The position numbers and the translations under genes were made by a program. The notes beneath the pieces were generated by a model, which was not told the origin of the DNA, made no database searches, and saw only the letters and a program-made list of their open reading frames with translations. From Octopus sinensis (Eukaryota), in assembly GCF_006345805.1 (NCBI RefSeq), contig NC_043002.1:4154001-4218000 (forward strand): a stretch of DNA of 64,000 nucleotides, given 5' to 3'. This document shows, one piece after another, positions 12,161-25,038 of this stretch. Position 1 is the first letter of the stretch. Every line of letters begins with the position of its first letter.

Positions 12161-13627
12161 GGCCTCAGAGTCAATCTAGCTAAAACCAAAGTCGTAATCA
12201 GTAGGAAGGTAGACAAATCACAAACACCTTCAGGTAGATGGCCCTGCTCGATCTGTAGAAAAGGTGTAGGTAGAAACTCTATAAGATGCACCAAGTGTAA
12301 GCTATGGACACATAAGAGATGCAGCAATGTCAAAGGAAGGCTAGCTAGGAAGATGGTTTTTGTATGTGGCAGATGCTCAGGAACAATAAACACTGAAAAT
12401 GCTCTGAGACCAACTTCCGTCACTTTCCAGGGAGAAAAACTAGAAATAGTTGATAGTTTCCGTTACCTAGGTGACCAAGTCAGCAGCGGGGGCGGGTGTG
12501 CTGAAAGTGTAACTGCTAGAGTAAGAATAGCTTGGACAAAGTTCAGAGAGCTCTTACCTCTGCTGGTGACAAAAGGCCTCTCGCACAGAGTGAAAGGCAG
12601 ACTGTATGATGCGTGTGTACGAACAGCCATGCTACATGGCAGTGAAACATGGGCCGTGACTGCTGAGGATATGCGTAAGCTCGCTAGAAATGAAGCCAGT
12701 ATGCTCCGATGGATGTGTAATGCTGGTACTCACACTCGGCAGAGTGTAAGTACCTTGAGAGAAAAGCTGGACCTAAGAAGCATCAGTTGTGGTGTGCAAG
12801 AGAGACGTTTGCGCTGGTATGGTCATGTGGCGAGAATGGATGAAGATAGTTGTGTGAAAAAGTGCCACACCCTAGCGGTTGAGGGAACCTGTGGAAGAGG
12901 CAGACCCAGGAAAACCTGGGACGAGATGGTGAAGCACGACCTTCGAACTTTAGGTCTCACTGAGGAAATGACTAGAGACCGAGACCTCTGGAAGTGTGCT
13001 GTGCGCGAGAAGACCCGGCAGGACAAGTGAGTCCACAACCCGTGGCCTTCTACATGGGATGGAGCCAGCCTACGTATGCATACCTTCCCTTCTTGGGACA
13101 CAAAACTCTACTTGTGAAGACGTGTTGAGGCAAGTGAGGATCAGAATCGAAATCGATCAATGGAAATTGCGGATGTGCTACCAGTGCTGGTGGCATGTCG
13201 AAACTCTGCTTGTGAAGACCCATTGAGGCAAGTGAGGATCAGAATCGAAATCGATCAATGGAAATTGCAGATGTGTTACCAGTGCCGGTGGCATGTAAGA
13301 GAACTTTCCGTTTCGCGACCGTTGCCAGCACCGCCCCGTTTCGTGTCCGTTGCCAGCCTCGCCTGGCCCTCGTGCCGGTGGCACATAAAAAGCACCATCC
13401 GTTCGTGGCCGTTTGCCAGCTCTGTCTGGCACCAGTGCGGGTGGCACGTAAAAAGCACCCACTACACTCACGGAGTGGTTGGCGTTAGGAAGGGCATCCA
13501 GCCGTAGAAACACTGCCAGATTTGACTGGGCCTGATGAAGCCTTCTGGCTTCACAGACCCCAGTAGAACCGTCCAACCCATGCTAGCATGGAAAACGGAC
13601 GCTAAATGATGATGATGATGATGATGA
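12160..13627 (+). mobile_element. 5'-truncated RTE-clade LINE (RT C-terminus plus ~600-bp 3' UTR)
   Basis: Open frame to the stop at 13030: zinc-finger-like CSICRKGVG/CTKCKLWTHKRC, FRYLG, RLRWYGHV, GRGRP motifs; ends in (GAT)n. Confidence 0.9.
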
Positions 13628-13720
13628 TTTACGTATATATATACCTGAGTAAGCACATAAATGTGAAACAAGGTGGGAAAAAATAGTACTCAAGTACTGG
13701 AGGTAGAGTAATGTGCTCTG

Positions 13721-13902
13721 TTATTAAAGCTGCAAAAACATCACAAAAAACTGCTACTCAGAGTTTCACATTTCCGTTCGTCAAGCAGTTGTGATCAAGA
13801 ATGGATCACATTCTTCATCACAACTGCCTGATGAACAGAATCATGAAACTCTGAGTAGCAGTTTTTTGAGATATTTTTGTGATGTTTTTACAGCTTTAAT
13901 AA
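13721..13902. repeat. Imperfect palindrome (~75-bp arms)
   Basis: TTATTAAAGCTGCAAAAACATCACAAAAAACTGCTACTCAGAGTTTCA pairs with TGAAACTCTGAGTAGCAG...CAGCTTTAATAA, with an internal indel. Confidence 0.7.
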
Positions 13903-13903
13903 T

Positions 13904-13951
<48 letters not shown>

Positions 13952-13993
13952 TGTAGATTAGAGAAACATAAATCCATTGATTGATCTGTCCAG

Positions 13994-15043
13994 CTATACA
14001 ATATGATCAATATTCCCCCCTGCAGCTTGTATTAAGTGCTCAACACGCTTTGGTAGATTAGCAACAGCAGCTGAAAAGTCCTCTATAGTGAAATTATTGC
14101 ATGCTTCTATGATTTTGCATTTCATTTCAAACAGAGTTGTTGGAGAGTTATTATGAAAAATTTTAGATTTCAGACACCCCCAAAACCAATAGTCTACTGG
14201 TATTATGTCAGGGGATCGTGGTGGCCATTCATTAGAACAGCCGGGAGAGATCACGCGTTCCCCTGTGAAAGTGTTAACGAGAAAATCTTTTACGGCTGGT
14301 GCAAAATGTGCAGGTGCATCATCTTGCATGAAAATTGTCTGAGAAAGTTTACCTTTTCTAACAAGTTGAGGTCGCACATGCTGTTGCAACATAGCGAGAT
14401 AATTATCAGCATTGATGTGTTCATTTTCGTCAAAGATGAATGGTTCCAGCGCAAATTCAGATGTAAATCCCATCCACAGAGTTAGTCTGGGACCATTCAA
14501 AGACAGTTCTAAATCATTTTCTGTTTTGTGTCGACTCCAGATTCTGCAGTTATGGCGAATAATTCTCCCATCAAGATAAAAGTGGGCTTCATCACTCCAA
14601 AGAATGCGTGAGATCAAATGGAGATTTTCCTGAAGCCAATTGGCAAAGGTAAGGCGTTTGGGTTTGTCCCACTCATTCAGCTCTTCTACCAGGGACATTT
14701 TATAAGGATACAACTCAGGATCGTTTCTCAGTAAACGGTAAACTGATGATTTTGGAATTCCAGTAGCTGCAGCAATGGCACGTATGGATGTTGTTTGCAG
14801 GTAGGTTTTCGCATCATCAATCAGGCTTCTCCGTTCGTCCGCCAATGATTTGCGACCAGATTTCGGTTTATCCATGAGAGTGTAAGTTTCTTCGAAACGT
14901 TTAACAAGTTTAGTAACAGTCGTTGGGTCACAAGGGTCATGCTTTAATCCCTTTTCTTTTTTGTATAAACGAAGGGCAGCAACAGGAGAATTCCTTGATG
15001 CGTAATAACAACGCAAAATGTCCCGCCTGGTTTCAAGATTCAT
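13994..15043 (-). CDS. Tc1/mariner transposase, rosa/DD41D-like (here DD42D), uninterrupted 349 aa
   Basis: HTH N-terminus (KRFEET..KPKSGR), WSDEAHF, FMQDDAPAH, WPPRSPDIIPVDYWFWG; 42 residues between 2nd and 3rd catalytic D; no clear TIR. Confidence 0.9.
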   Translation of the reverse strand: MNLETRRDILRCYYASRNSPVAALRLYKKEKGLKHDPCDPTTVTKLVKRFEETYTLMDKPKSGRKSLADERRSLIDDAKTYLQTTSIRAIAAATGIPKSSVYRLLRNDPELYPYKMSLVEELNEWDKPKRLTFANWLQENLHLISRILWSDEAHFYLDGRIIRHNCRIWSRHKTENDLELSLNGPRLTLWMGFTSEFALEPFIFDENEHINADNYLAMLQQHVRPQLVRKGKLSQTIFMQDDAPAHFAPAVKDFLVNTFTGERVISPGCSNEWPPRSPDIIPVDYWFWGCLKSKIFHNNSPTTLFEMKCKIIEACNNFTIEDFSAAVANLPKRVEHLIQAAGGNIDHIV

Positions 15044-15504
15044 TCTGAAAAACCTGAAACAGATTAATGGATATTGTTTATGTTGCAGTAAATTTATTTC
15101 AAAATAATATATGCTTGCTTTAATTACTAATTAATAGTTGAATATCAATTACAGTTTAATGCTTAAATGTTGCTTTGCTTATAAGCAGTAATGACCTGGA
15201 TCTGGTTGATACATGTTTTATTTTAATGAGAAGCAGTTGTTGACATTTTATTAGATGCTGACCAGAGATCCACTGGGGAAGTTATAATGTCAGTCATGCC
15301 CCATAATCAATTGACTCTGCTTACCTGCGCTTATTCAGCCAGGAATTCAACTAACTCTATAATGTTTTGAAGTGAAAGCTAATCACTAAGCTTGCTGCTT
15401 AAAATTTACTTTTTTAATATTACAATCGGAAGTAAAGCTGTGTGAACTGGGAGGATGGTTAGCATGCTAGGCAAAATGCTTAGTGGTATTTCATCTGTCT
15501 TTAG

Positions 15505-15972
15505 GGCGGCGAGCTGGCAGAAACGTTAGCATGCCGGGCGAAATGCTTAGTGGTGTTTCGTCTGCCGCTACGTTCTGAGTTCAAATTCCGCTGAGGTCGA
15601 CTTTGCCTTTCATCCTTTCGGGGTCGATTAAATAAGTACCAGTTACGCAGTGGGGTCGATTATAATCGACTTAATCTGTTTGTCTGTCCTTGTTTGTCCC
15701 CTCTGTGTTTAGCCCCTTGTGGGTAGTAAAGAAATAGGTATTTCATCTGTCTTTAGGGTGGCGAGCTGGCAGAAACGTTAGCATGCCGGGTGAAATGCTT
15801 AGCGGTATTTTGTCTGCCGCTACGTTCTGAGTTCGAATTCCACCGAGGTCGACTTTGCCTTTCATCCTTTCGGGGTCGATTAAATAGGTACCAGTTACGC
15901 ACTGGGGTCGATATAATTGACTTAATCCATTTGTCCTCTCTGTGTTTAGCCCCTTGTGGGTAGTAAAGAAAT
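15505..15972 (+). mobile_element. Tandem dimer of the ~230-bp tRNA-derived SINE (S3)
   Basis: Copies 15505-15736 and 15757-15972, each preceded by GGTATTTCATCTGTCTTTAG; B box GAGTTCAAATTCC. Confidence 0.85.
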
Positions 15973-15999
15973 GGGTATATCAAATCTAGTAATATTTAC

Positions 16000-16310
16000 T
16001 GTTGATGATGACCAAGGACATCATGCAGGAGAAGATGGGTCATGATACATCTGTGGCTGATGAGGCTGGATGCAGGCTTGGAAGGTTCTGCCGAAGGTTC
16101 ATTGCTGTGAATGGAGACCAAGAGTCAGCTCTGGACCTGCTCAGCTCCTGTCTTCTTTGTGCTCTTACAAACCCGTTCTGTTTGTAGGAGGTGGCACCTC
16201 TGTTGGTGCAGCTATGCAGGGCAGGGCAGTCCTTGTGCTTGCATTTCTCAAGTGTCAGGCTTGATCTGAAAGTACTTCTGTGAGGCTTTGAGTGTATCTT
16301 TGGTGCTTGG
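16000..16310 (-). pseudogene. Degenerate RTE-BovB-like LINE 3' fragment
   Basis: KDTLKASQKYFQI..T*E and SSLISHRC resemble the RTE ORF C-terminus; stops present. Confidence 0.5.
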
Positions 16311-16541
16311 TACTTAGTCTTAAAAAAAGGACAAAATATGTTTTTTTTTTTTTAAACCCAAGTCATCAAATATGCAACAGTATTTTCCCACCTCAGAAGT
16401 TATTCCTTCTCATCTCCCCAATATATTTCAACACATTTAACCCTAACCCTATTAGATGTCCTCCCTCTACAGCTTGCTGGTCCTTCTCTTTTGCTTCTTT
16501 CATGAATCTATTGCTTTATTTCATTAACTTTACCCTTTTTA

Positions 16542-16780
16542 TTGTCTCTGGGGAGAGTCATTTTCTTTTTGTGCCTTATAATTTAACACACTCACCGGTA
16601 AAATTTCCACTTTTTTCTTATTTTTATTGTCCTAAAATTTTTGTTGCGTCTTGCAACTGAAAAGGTTGCGAGACACAATGAAAATTTTAGGACAATAAAA
16701 ACAAGAAAAAAGTGGAAATTTTACTGGTGAGTGTGTTACATAACAAGGCACAAAAAGAAAATGACTCTCCCCAGACACAA
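16542..16780. mobile_element. Foldback MITE / long hairpin (~115-bp arms, 7-nt loop)
   Basis: Arms are reverse complements; the ORF track gives near-identical peptides (VSGESHFLFVP) on both strands. Confidence 0.85.
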
Positions 16781-17253
16781 CAGAATATGCTTCAACACAC
16801 GAACTCATATAAAGAATCTTGCCAACCAAATCCCAAAACGAAATATTTACCCCATTTGTTACAATAATTCTGATTAAGTACATTGCCTTTATTTCAATTA
16901 ACTTCGAAAATTATTGAGAATTTAGTAAAATAATTTGGTAAATACGAAGCTGGTATTTGGAACATAAACATGAAATTTTGACGGAAGACTTTAATGCTGG
17001 TCACTTCAAAACAGGAAATTTCTATCACAGAACCAAGGGAAGTTCCAAGTGGTTAGGTATTAAAAGGAATAATAGAATTTTTGAAATTTCATACTGATTG
17101 TTGTTAATGTCGACCAACTGCAGTTGTTTGAGATTCTAAAATTCACTTTATTTTAAAATTGGATTTTTAGATCTTCATCCATCCAAATTGGGTAACTTGT
17201 CTGGACCAACAAATCATGTTGCCCTTCTGATAGCTGAAATATCTCATCTGTAT

Positions 17254-17530
17254 ATCATCATCATCATTGTTCGACCGTGGTCGAGACAATGGAATTTACT
17301 GTTACGCCAGACTTCACGGTCCATCATGGCATTACGAAGGTCCTGTTGCTGGATGCCTGTATCCCTGGAGATTACATCAGGGTAGGAGAGTGTGCATCCT
17401 CTGGTATCGCGAGCAGATGGCTTCCAGAGGAGAAGAGGAGAAATTACCTCGTTTTCAATTCTACAACAATGTCCAGCAAACTGATCTGCATATACTGCAA
17501 CTCCAGATGATAGCAGTAGTTTAACCGAAC
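17254..17530 (-). mobile_element. LINE 3' fragment (same family as 10010-10445)
   Basis: Direct nucleotide similarity and (ATG)n tail. Confidence 0.7.
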
Positions 17531-17825
17531 TGGTTGATTCTGCCCACTGATGGATTTTTGGTCAGTTTATCCTCTCAGAATCTAGAGATATTTGCCATTG
17601 ACTCAATAAGTTTATCGGTTGAAATAGTTCACATCCATCATGATTTCAATGTACCCTGGTTACATGTGATTTACTTAACCCAAGGCTGGAACCCTGGCAA
17701 GTGGTACTACTCTGGGCCAGAGTAGACCTAGGAATAATAATGGTTAAGAAGTGGTTCTACATTCCTCAAAACACTGGAACTCCTGAGCCAGGGTCCCATT
17801 ACTGGATGCAGTTCAAATTCATAGT

Positions 17826-18190
17826 GGACGCGCAATGGCCCAGTGGTTAGGGCAGCGGACTCGCGGTTTCGATTCCCAGACCGGGCGTTGTGAGTGTTTA
17901 TTGAGCGAAAACACCTAAAGCTCCACGAGGCTCCGGCAGAGGATGGTGGTGATCCCTGCTGTACTCTTTCACCACAACTTTCTCTCTCTTTCTTCCTGTT
18001 TCTGTTGTACCTGTATTTCAAAGGGCTGGCCTTGTCACTCTCTGTGTCACGCTGAATATCCCCGAGAACTACGTTAAGGATACACGTGTCTGTGGAGTGC
18101 TCAGCCACTTACACGTTAATTTCACAAGCAGGCTGTTCCGTTGATCGGATCAACCGGAACCCCCGTCGTCGTAACCGACGGAGTGCTTCC
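17826..18190 (+). mobile_element. tRNA-derived SINE, ~365-bp family (S6)
   Basis: A box TGGCCCAGTGG, B-box-like GGTTTCGATTCCC; head shared with 42381-42683. Confidence 0.8.
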
Positions 18191-18666
18191 ATCCATCAAA
18201 TTCATATCCTGAGGCCTTTTGTATTAGTCTCGAGTAATATTTATTTATTCCTGATATTAGAAATGTTTTGGCCTTTTTTTTGTATAGTACCTGTAGTTAG
18301 AATTTAGGTAGCTTAACAACTTGCTAAAATTTTAGAAGTACAGTGAACAGACTGTAAATATTTTGGCAATACATTATTGCTAAAAGACCAGTCTCTGTAC
18401 AGATTTAGAGTGTCTTCCAGTCAAACAGCTTATATTTTATACGCTAATAAAAGCAAACACTATTAATTCAATGTTTAACTTCAATAATTTTTATTTCATA
18501 AATCTTAATGTCACACATATGTAGAAAATGTAAAGTGCTACTATTAAAATTTAAAAAGTTTTCTTTCAAATCTAAGTTTATATATGCATACTTTTATCTA
18601 TTGAGATGTGTGCATATATCTTGTTCTATGTATTTATCTTTATGTGGTTTGCTTGTATGTCCATGT

Positions 18667-18850
18667 CTTCTCCTCTGGAAGCCATCTACTCGCAATACCA
18701 GAGGGTGCACCCTCTCCTACCCTGATGTAATCTCCAGGGATACAAGCATCCAGCAACAGGACCTCCGTAATGCCATGACGGACCATGAAGTCTGGCGTAG
18801 CATGGTAAATTCCATTGTCTCGACCACGGTCGAACAATGATGATGATGAT
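18667..18850 (+). mobile_element. LINE 3' fragment (same family as 10010-10445)
   Basis: LLWKPSTRNTRGCTLSYPDVISRDT..QQQDLRNAM; (TGA)n tail. Confidence 0.7.
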
Positions 18851-20686
18851 GTGTATGTACATGTATCTGTGCAACGTGTCCTTTAAGAATATCTGTGTGG
18901 TGAGTCTGTAGCTATGCGGGTGTTTAAATTAACATCCTTGTGTAGGACTCGACAGAGGAAATGGTCTAAAAAGCCAATTTCTTCCTACCGGCCTTTCTGA
19001 CGAACACCAGCATTGTGGTTTTCCCCTAACACTCATGCCAAACCATTGGCAAAATTGGATCTATAATATTGTATTGTAGAAATATTAATCTATATTTATT
19101 CATTTCTTTAAAAGGCCAGTCACAACTCTGGGTGTAATCCTTTTTATTTCCCAGCACTCTTGTTCTTTCCTTCTTTATTTACATAATCATATATTTTCCT
19201 TCCCCGACTCTTTCTTCCGGGGTTAATATAAACAGAATTACCAATCAAGCACTGGAGCCGATTCAATCGACTGCTGGTCTGTGCCACCTTGGTACAGTGA
19301 AGCCAAACCGTGGTGTTCGGACAGTAGACGAAGTATACACAACATACTCTATAGTAACTGAGAATACAGTTGAGAGGCTTGGAGTCCGAGTCATCTCGGT
19401 GGCTATCCCTCTCATCCTGGCACGAACAACCTTTTTCGAGAAGCAAGTCACATAAGACGTGGTTCACGCTGCTAAAAAACTCGAGGTAATTTTTTCGTTG
19501 GGTGTGCCATTTAGTAAGTCCCGCGGGCCGCCCGCAGGTTGTCCATGACTGATCTAATCGAACGCTTAATTTCCTTTCATGACCGCAAGAAATCCACCTT
19601 TCGTATTTCTTTTTCCTAATAGTTTTTCTGTAAACACCCCTCAGACAGCTGTACTTTGTTTATGTACGATATTTACAAGCTTCAAACTAATATATTATAA
19701 ACTCATTCCTCCTTGGGGATGATTTATAGGAATATTAAATTGATGTTACTACCTATTTTATAGATCTTTGAGTGAAAAGCAACGATGAGCGCGGCAGGTT
19801 TTGAACTCAGAACGTAAAAAAAGGACTTCACTAAATACCGAAGATATTTTCGCTGACGTTCCAACGATTCTGCCAATCAAAGGACTGGTGGCTTTATTTA
19901 AACAGTTTATTATAGATTTAATATGTATTTGTTTTATTAACACTTAAACTATAACCCTACTTATAACAGAACGAAGTTTTCAGAACCACTAAGAGTCTTT
20001 GCTTGTTAGAAATAGCAGCCAAACCTCCTCTTTTCCTACAGTCTCAAATAAGAAAACGAGTAAATATTCTAAATTACAACAAAAGAAATCGGATAGTCAC
20101 ACTCGGTGAAATGAGTTCGACTGGGTTTACGTGGAGATAGACAACTAATATATTTTTTATGTGGTGTTTGTTTGCATTAATGATGAAAGCAAGTGCTTTC
20201 CACTATTTTTAATGTAACATCTCATGATTCAAGCCCACTGTATCAGTCGAAGAGTCTTTTACTCCCGCAGTTTTAATATAATTAACTCCGAAAAATCATT
20301 TATCTATTTTAATAGCCTCTCAAAACGGAAAAAAAAAATGCATTTTGCGGTTATATTCTTGGTAGACCTAAAGTTTTGGTAACAAATTCTTAAATCATAT
20401 TCGGAAATTAAAAGTTTATGTCTACAAGTTATCGTAAATGTAAATATCTCTTCACACAGAAACGTATGTAACGATGTCTTCATACCGAATAGATTTAAAT
20501 CTAAACAAGAAATTTAGGTAACAAACGTGTGGAATACATCCGTGAGAGTGTATTTATAGATTTTTGATAATTAAAACTAACTTACTTTACAGGACAAGAA
20601 ACATTTAAGGCGCCGCAAACTGGTTTTATAGACGGAGATAATTAAGTAAACGGGCACGTGCTTCGCTCGATATAACAACACACGTT

Positions 20687-20734
<48 letters not shown>

Positions 20735-21389
20735 TGCCGTGGCAATATTATATGAAAACGAGATTTCGTGAAATATATTCTTATAATCAATTTGGCGAAG
20801 TTTACCGAAACTATGCCATCAATTTTTTTTATCTTGGGTAAAAAATAAGTCGATTTATGTGAAATATTGTCTACATAAATGTGTTTATATATACATACGT
20901 ATATATTAATGTAACCGTGTATCCAAATATATTTAAAACGTTAGCGGAATAAAAAGAATATAGAGGCAACGTCTTTTTTTCTATTAACAGAAATTTTGCA
21001 CAAATCGAAATAGATTTTGCAATGAACACTATTCAAAGAAAGTAATTTGGTGCAATTTTTGTTCACAATTCTTCATGGCCTCCGAACAGTTTTCCTTAAA
21101 ATTCTTTTTCAGAACTTCACGGATTCTTAATTGCTCAGTTGTAATATCTATTTTGTTGTGAAGTGCTGTTATATCTTAGTTTACTTTCACGGTTTTATTG
21201 TTTCTGGGTTCACACTTCGCCGTTACATTAATTTTTTTTTCCTTTTTTGATTCTATGCAAAATATTTCCATGCTCTAATCATCAGGTTTATGTATCTAGG
21301 AAAATAAAGATAAATTTACTAATTGGTTTCGTTACAAAGGTGGTTGTTCTTATAGCAAAACTCGGCCTGTTCTTGAGCACCTTCCGTGA

Positions 21390-21775
21390 AAAAATAAGTT
21401 TTAAATTCTAAGAAAAATTAAGGGCATGACTTAATCTTTTTCTCCAGCGCTACAGCGAGAATATATCAGCATTAAATTCAGAATTCTGGCCACATGCCAG
21501 ACACAATTCAGGCTCTCAACTCGTAAATTCACTGTAATAAAATTCCTTTTCAACAGGCTTTGAGCCATTTAACATTACCCCAAGACAAATTCAAAGGTTC
21601 CCATCACCTTCAAACGAAACTTGGATAAATTTCTTGAAAGCATACCAGATAAGCCATCTATTTCTGGATACATCTCCTTATTTAATAGGCCAAATCACAA
21701 AACCTGACTAAACAATGATCTAACATCCTATCAGGTGGTGCTTTTAAGTTAGGACATTGCTCAGGCCAAGGCATG
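21390..21775 (+). pseudogene. Degenerate CR1-clade LINE 3' fragment
   Basis: TFKRNLDKFLESIPDKP is typical of the CR1 ORF2 C-terminus; boundaries approximate. Confidence 0.55.
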
Positions 21776-22187
21776 AGTACCGCCGACTTGTATAGGGAAT
21801 AAACCTGCATATGATCTTTTGACAAAAGCCTCATCAACCAAGTCCTGGGATTTAGCATTTCTCAGTTGGTGAGAAATAGCAAGTCTGACCTAACCCAGTG
21901 CCTTGGGCATATGATGACCACTTCAGTGTTCTTGAATAGAACCAAAGGTGGCCTGGGAAATATTAACAAGTCTTCCTTTCAGATCTACTTGCATTCTCCC
22001 AGTCAGAGGCAAAATCTATAAGATACACAGCTGCTTTTGCTTTAGGAACCTTATCTTTCCATAGAAATCTGATACCCATTGGTGTTAGTTCTTGGTAGGT
22101 CTGCCCACCTGGCAGTTTCTGCAAAGGACCTTATTGTACCTCTTCTGGTATTTAGTCAAAATGGGTCTCCTTTGCCCCGCATTTTAA

Positions 22188-22398
22188 CCCTTTTGTTACC
22201 ATATTTCTGTTGAGATGCTCTGTGTTTCTTTCAATCAATTTTAAATATAACAAAGAATTTAGTAAAATAACTTAATTACCATTAAGCTAGTGTTAGGAAC
22301 ATAAATTGGGACTAAAGTTTGGTGGAAGATTTTAATTCAAAACTTATGAAAACAAGACATTTGTACTCAAAGCAAGAGCCGGGTTGGTAATGAAAGGG
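22188..22398. mobile_element. piggyBac-type (TTAA) MITE
   Basis: TTAA|CCCTTT...AAAGGG|TTAA. Confidence 0.75.
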
Positions 22399-24174
22399 TT
22401 AAGGTTACTCTAGTGTGGCAAGTCAACCACTGTGCACAGTTGTGAGGTTTCCGAATGAGTACCTGTGCTTCCCACCAGGAAGGTTGTTCGCTTGAATGTC
22501 TGATCCTATTGTACCTGATTGCTCTTACCTCGGACTGTTTCCACTATTAAGCCCCCTTGGTGTAGGTGCTTAGTCCGAAGTTCTCATTGGAATGTGTTAC
22601 CTTTTTCTCACTCTCCTTACCTTAATGTTTCTCAGCTCTTCCACCTCTGATGGAACCATTGTCATATAGGTTCACTTAGCTTATTAGAAATAGCAGCTTA
22701 AGAGTTTCAAATCAAACCAAAGTAATGATGTATTATGAAAGTCCTGAAACAAAACAGCGAAAGTAATGAAAGCTGCTAGAATTGGTTAAGGAAATAAAAA
22801 TGTAGGACTTGGAAGCTAAATTTTGTTACCTGTTAGTAGAGCAGTGCTCCACAACCGGTATGCTAGGTACACTGCAGTGTTACCTGAATATAATTTTATC
22901 CTCTATACCTTTAGTTCAGGTGTGCCACCAGATTTTGAGAAGAATATAAAGTTGTGGACCACTGTTCTACAGGGAGCAGCAGTAAATTCTCTGACAGGAA
23001 AAAAAAAAAAAAACAATGCTTTTTTGAACTAATCATTCATTATTTCACAGCTTTGAGCTGTCAATGATGTGATTGTTTATTACAATCTGATAGGAAGCTA
23101 TTAATCCAAGAAATAACATGGAGTCAAGGTATACAGTTTTAATAGGCCTGTATCTCATGGACGATAAAATACCTTCACTGAATTTCTGAGGTTGGAGTCC
23201 AGTGATGGATGACATAAGAATAACTCCATAATGGAAGCTTTACCAGAGATTCCAGTCTTTCTGTTGTATACAATTGTCTTCATTACTTTTAAAATGTGAG
23301 CACATAGGCAAACTATTTGAAGGTAGTGCAATGTATTATCGGGGCTCGTGGGCACGAGTTTGAAGCAATCAGAACTTTTCCTAAAATTTATAAATGCCTG
23401 TGGCTAATAGCAACAGCACTCTTGCAATAAATTTAAAAATATTAATACAAATTAGAAATACGACCACAAAATCTGATGCAAGAACTATAACATATACTGA
23501 CTCATAGTTTGATAAGGTGCAGCATTTTGCCTAACCATCATTAACAATAGCCACCAGTTCAGAATTCAATGTCAAAATATATCAAGGCAAGTGAGTTACA
23601 AGACAGAAGACTCATTAGTCTTGCAGTGGACTTCACTAGTGCTGATGCCATAACACACCAAAGTACTAACAAGTTGCTGGCAGCAGTAAAACCTATGCAA
23701 AGATAAAACATGCACAGGAGCAAACCACAAAAGCAACCTGACCAGTGCCAGTATAAAATGGATGGCAAGAGTGCTCTTCTGGTCAAAAACAAATTCTCTT
23801 CGGAGAAAGAGAGAGCAAAATCTGCAATTATGGGAGAAATTAACAGGAGTAATAATTGAATTCCAGAAACTAATGAGATATAGCTCCACACATGGCACTG
23901 CAAGTATTTGTTCAGGGATGGAGTTAACTCAGCTGGATAGAAGATAACTTGTATGAGCTGATAAGGCCAATCCCAAAATGAATGAATGAATAATCTCTGG
24001 CAGACGAACCCATGACAATGTTTCAAGCTCAATCTACAAATTATTCCATTAATTTACCAACACCGAACAATGAAGAATCACAAGGAGCAAATATAAGATC
24101 CATTTGTCACACCACACTGCTTCACAGCTATACTGTGTATTCCACCAACTAACAATTTATATATTATTATAGTA

Positions 24175-24452
24175 TGCTGCCATTGCCAGCTTCGTCTGGT
24201 CCCCGTGCCGGCGGCACGTAAAAGGCACCATCCGATCATGGCCGTTTACCAGCCTCGTCTGGCACCTTTGCAGGTGGCACGTAAAAAGCACCCACTACAC
24301 TCACGGAGTGGTTGGCGTTAGGAAGGGCATCCAGCTGTAGAAACACTGCCAGAACAGACTGGAGCCTGGTGCAGCCTTCTGGCTTCCCAGACCCCAGTTG
24401 AACCGTCCAACCCATGCCAGCATGGAAAGCGGACGTTAAATGATGATGATGT
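24175..24452 (+). repeat. RTE LINE 3' end
   Basis: Matches 13330-13627, ends in (GAT)n. Confidence 0.8.
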
Positions 24453-25038
24453 TACCATCACCAGGCAACGATTGAACTAACCATTTATTTTTCTAAATAA
24501 ACTCAAAACTTTACATTCCATTAAACCAGTCAAAAGGAACCAGTGCACATGGAAGAAAGCCCACACCCATGATGCAAACGCAATACTTTTGAAACTATAA
24601 TGTAATTGCTCTTCTCTAAGTAGAAAAGCAGGACCTGCAAACATCGAAGCTTCATACTCTCAATTACTCCAAGGATTAATATGCAGTGAAATGAAAAGAG
24701 ATATTTCTAGATTAAGCATTAACAATGTCCCCCAATGAATCCGCACTTTGCAGCACAAAAACAACTCAACAAAATGAAGTTGTGTCAATTTCGGACAGAC
24801 CGCATCCAGATCATTGTCCAAACAACTACCAGAAACAAATTACTAAAGATCACATAGTATGTGACCTCGTCTGTATCACTAGCGATCTGTCTTCCCTTCC
24901 GTGTTTCCGACGAAGAGCTCCGCTTAAAACGTCAAACTCCTTCTTCCCTGAACGTCCAATAATACTTTATTTGTTCCACGTCCTTGCGTTGATTTTGTTT
25001 TTGTTTTCTCGTTTGGATTAACTTTATATATATATATA

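Noticed and set aside
20470-21000. Plus-strand splice-like signals (AG|GTAAC, CTAAC..TTACAG) after an ATG
   Set aside because: Joining the putative exons gives an immediate stop; no homology recognised.
23560-24030. Possible R4/Dong-like LINE remnant (MRYS..ELTQLDRR..NPK)
   Set aside because: Only scattered residues match across stops; too weak without a profile search.
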